A stretch of 49,593 nucleotides of DNA from a virus (Duplodnaviria; Caudoviricetes), in IMG/VR virus record IMGVR_UViG_3300025518_000002, positions 1-49,593 of that record; one strand, given 5' to 3'. The notes under the pieces were generated by a model. That model was not told where the DNA came from. It saw only the letters and a list, made by a program, of their open reading frames with translations, and did not search any database. This document shows, one piece after another, positions 48,048 through 49,593 of this stretch (position 1 is its first letter; each line of letters starts with the position of its first letter). Both the position numbers and the translations under genes were made by a program.

Positions 48048-48107
48048 AAGTTCGAAACGCACACTTGAAAATGTGCGTATGTACGTAAAGCGTACCACTA
48101 AAAACTT
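48048..48107 (+). ncRNA. Degenerate hammerhead copy (HH3), probably inactive
   Basis: GAAA-CGCACA/TGTGCG-TA-TGTACG-TAAAG-CGTAC kept, but CTGATGA is replaced by CTAAAAA. Confidence 0.6.
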
Positions 48108-48152
48108 GGTTATCAAATAATTGAAAGTAGGTTGAATAATTGTTTTAGGTAA

Positions 48153-48438
48153 GGTCCAGCACACTCCATAGGGTGCGAGCCTTCAAAATACAGACCGGAC
48201 CTAGGCCGGGTATTTGCATCGTAGAAATAAGCTACGATGATTTCGAGATCGACACTCGAATTGAAGGTCTAAATCGAAGTGTAGTAACATCTAAAATCGA
48301 AGGCATGAAACCCGTACGGTGGCACGAAAAATAAAGTAGCAGATGGCGAAAAAAGCCCTTGCGAAAGCCACCGAATCGATTTAGAGTGTTTGTGACGCGA
48401 AGTGAAACGAACCTAGCGCGAATAACCGTGCTGGTACC
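48153..48438 (+). ncRNA. Candidate multi-stem structured RNA/DNA element
   Basis: Four-way junction closed by CCTTCAA/TTGAAGG; TCTAAATCGA/TCGATTTAGA; outer CCAGCAC/GTGCTGG. Confidence 0.45.
48359..48387 (+). promoter_or_regulatory. Sigma-70-like promoter, copy 2
   Basis: TTGCGA-17-TAGAGT, preceded by TGGCACGAAAAA as in copy 1. Confidence 0.5.
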
Positions 48439-48462
48439 AGATTTGAAAGGTTGGATATACAA

Positions 48463-49197
48463 ATGGCAAAGCCTGAAACCACTTCCACCAAGTCCGATTC
48501 GAAGCACTCCAACAACAAGGCTCCAGCTGCTACCGTTGCGGCGCCGAAGAATGAGGCTCCTGTGGCTGCAAAATCGAATGTCGTACCGCTCTCAGCTTCC
48601 GAAAAGCACGTCGGAGCGCCTCTGAATAGCAAGGTCGAAGGTGCTCGTGTTCGAACCGGCGCAAAGGGTGTTTCGAAGGCATATCTTCCTCCGATCGCTA
48701 CTCGCCGCAAGATGTTGACCTTCGCGTGCACGCTCGCGACGAAAACGTCGAAGCGCCTCAAGAAATGGACGGCAGAAAAGGCAGAATTCGGCGCCATCGC
48801 AAAGCAGGTTGACGCAGCGATCGTCCAGCTTCAAAGCGCGATGATGGACCTTGACAAGCTTCCTCAGAATTGGGAGCCTACCAAGACGATCGCTTCCGTG
48901 AACGTTGGTGGCTTCTCGCTCGGAGATATTGTCCGTATCCGCGAAAAGCGCCAGAGCCAGTACGCGGATGTTTTGGATGCCGAATCGGTCAAGATGCCGA
49001 TGAAGGTTTCCAAGATCGGAAAGTCGAAGATCGTGGTCGATCTCGGTGGTGGAAAGGTTACCGTAATCACCAAGTCGCATTTGGTTCCGAACAACAAGCC
49101 GATCGAAGAGGAGCGTGCGGAGCAGGCAAAGATCGATCAGGCGCGTAAGGACAAGGCTGCCGCTGCTGCCACCGAAGCTTCGACCGCAGCGAAGTGA
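48463..49197 (+). CDS. K/A-rich basic protein with C-terminal KOW/SH3-like domain, probably highly expressed
   Basis: GFSLGDIVRIRE...KVSKIGKSKIVVDLGGGKVTVI; strongly C/G-ending codons. Confidence 0.7.
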   Translation: MAKPETTSTKSDSKHSNNKAPAATVAAPKNEAPVAAKSNVVPLSASEKHVGAPLNSKVEGARVRTGAKGVSKAYLPPIATRRKMLTFACTLATKTSKRLKKWTAEKAEFGAIAKQVDAAIVQLQSAMMDLDKLPQNWEPTKTIASVNVGGFSLGDIVRIREKRQSQYADVLDAESVKMPMKVSKIGKSKIVVDLGGGKVTVITKSHLVPNNKPIEEERAEQAKIDQARKDKAAAAATEASTAAK

Positions 49198-49203
49198 TAA
49201 GTA

Positions 49204-49273
49204 GTTACTAGTCGCGATACGATGCAACCTACTAATGTGATAATTGGTAGGTTGCATAAACGCGGAAAGTAAC
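49204..49273 (+). other. Long intergenic hairpin (processing site or terminator)
   Basis: ATGCAACCTACTAAT/ATTGGTAGGTTGCAT extended by CGCG/CGCG and GTTACT/AGTAAC. Confidence 0.6.
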
Positions 49274-49297
49274 GCGAGAAATTGGATTGATTATACA

Positions 49298-49593
49298 ATG
49301 AATGTAAAAGAACATGCGTACAACAACATTACCGATTCGTACGCTCAATTCCTAGCTACTCCTACAGACGTTAATTACGCAGACCTCATTAATGCGATGT
49401 CTGCTTATCTTGAAGCTAGTAAACCTAAATTGCGAACAGCTAGTGAGATGTCGTGGGATGAATTGAAAGCTTTTACACAATCAGCTATTGAAATTATTCA
49501 AAGCGAGAGCGGAGATCATTTCGACAAAGTTGAAGAATTGCGAAAGTTGATTAATGAGCATTCAATTAAGGATGCTTATGAAGTACCGCATAA
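49298..49593 (+). CDS. Hypothetical protein, truncated by the window end
   Basis: Manual translation MNVKEHAYNNITDSYAQFL..., open to the end. Confidence 0.6.
   Translation, partial: MNVKEHAYNNITDSYAQFLATPTDVNYADLINAMSAYLEASKPKLRTASEMSWDELKAFTQSAIEIIQSESGDHFDKVEELRKLINEHSIKDAYEVPH

Noticed and set aside
46447-48110. CRISPR array
   Set aside because: Repeats are short, in both orientations and irregularly spaced; the 300-nt-spaced repeats fold as hammerheads; no cas genes.
48232-49257. Several long antisense and alternate-frame ORFs
   Set aside because: Shadows of the GC-rich 48463-49197 gene; the same applies to short opposite-strand ORFs throughout both arms.
1-49593. Integrase, transposase, att site or host genes
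   Set aside because: None recognisable; lifestyle and genome ends cannot be determined from this window.

Overview
This window is a large fragment (both ends open) of an AT-rich dsDNA bacterial virus with two divergent arms. The minus-strand arm (1-32089) holds a virion/lysis block and a replication block. The virion/lysis block has a beta-helix spike, many single-TM proteins, an amidase, LysM and transglutaminase-like proteins, three tandem paralogs and a 178-aa jelly-roll-like capsid candidate. The replication block has RecD2, VapE helicase, SF2 helicase, an adenine methylase and an RHH regulator. The plus-strand arm (32227-end) holds Sak4-like and SSB-like genes, ParB-like, MazG, deoxyribosyltransferase and deaminase genes, tRNA-Ile(UAU), tRNA-Leu(UAA) and many small ORFs. 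I recognised no terminase, portal, HK97 capsid or tape measure, so a tailless membrane-containing virus of a GC-rich host (possibly Myxococcota) is inferred. The most unusual part is 46405-48440. It opens with a ~780-bp island containing a single ApT and no CCC/GGG, packed with sigma-54 boxes and TGTAGGT repeats. Small genes separated by two intact and one decayed hammerhead ribozyme follow, then a multi-stem structured element. All protein calls are by eye from motifs; no searches were run.
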